A stretch of 64,000 bases of DNA, from the IMG/VR virus record IMGVR_UViG_3300021087_000011; one strand, given 5' to 3'. This DNA is from an uncultured virus (IMG/VR IMGVR_UViG_3300021087_000011) (taxonomy: Duplodnaviria; Heunggongvirae; Uroviricota; Caudoviricetes). A program made the translations under genes and the position numbers. Shown piece by piece: positions 63,993 to 64,000 of this stretch. Within the stretch, counting starts at the first letter, position 1. Every line of letters starts with the position of its first letter. The notes under the pieces are model-generated. The model was not told the DNA's origin and made no database searches. It saw only the letters and a program-made list of their open reading frames with translations.

Positions 63993-64000
63993 ACTAGTTG

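Overview
A 64-kb segment of a tailed dsDNA bacteriophage with an HK97-type head. The host is probably an actinobacterium (WhiB gene, TTGACA/TANNNT promoters, an apparently leaderless gene). Left arm (1-13.6 kb): small accessory genes, ssb, a peptidoglycan-binding lytic transglycosylase, DUF932, WhiB, a class II ribonucleotide reductase, a PL14-like lyase and a thermonuclease. Centre (13.7-56.3 kb, minus strand): portal, a 2989-aa prohead protease fusion, a PepSY/DUF6582 protein, four more giant proteins (2464, 1098, 2767, 1969 aa), a 657-aa protein and the major capsid gene. Right arm (plus strand): terminase large subunit, Rad52/Sak, a RecB/Cas4-like exonuclease, HNH, RuvC, ParB and a PAPS-reductase-family protein. 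Two systems stand out. (1) A nuclease-less IS110/Nop-domain protein (TasA-like, 5452-6384) is followed by a four-unit stem-loop, dual-spacer (9+9 nt) guide array at 6582-6782, i.e. a TIGR-Tas-type RNA-guided system. It has a degenerate unit in front of its own RBS and a 14-nt junction-spanning match to the phage's own nrdJ. (2) About 40 kb of giant head-module polyproteins. Four share an N-proximal tag (K-A-L-G, Arg-rich stretch, DARDADLDMxVQEGTxWERP), and the five largest are punctuated by about 33 copies of G-[LFW]-x-S-x-R. These motifs delimit effector modules (ADP-ribosyltransferase-like, zeta-toxin-like kinase, ParB, KTSC, papain-like, zincin, HTH), and one module is duplicated precisely from motif to motif. 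This suggests a capsid-loaded, proteolytically processed effector cassette system. All domain calls come from motif recognition by eye; no searches were run.
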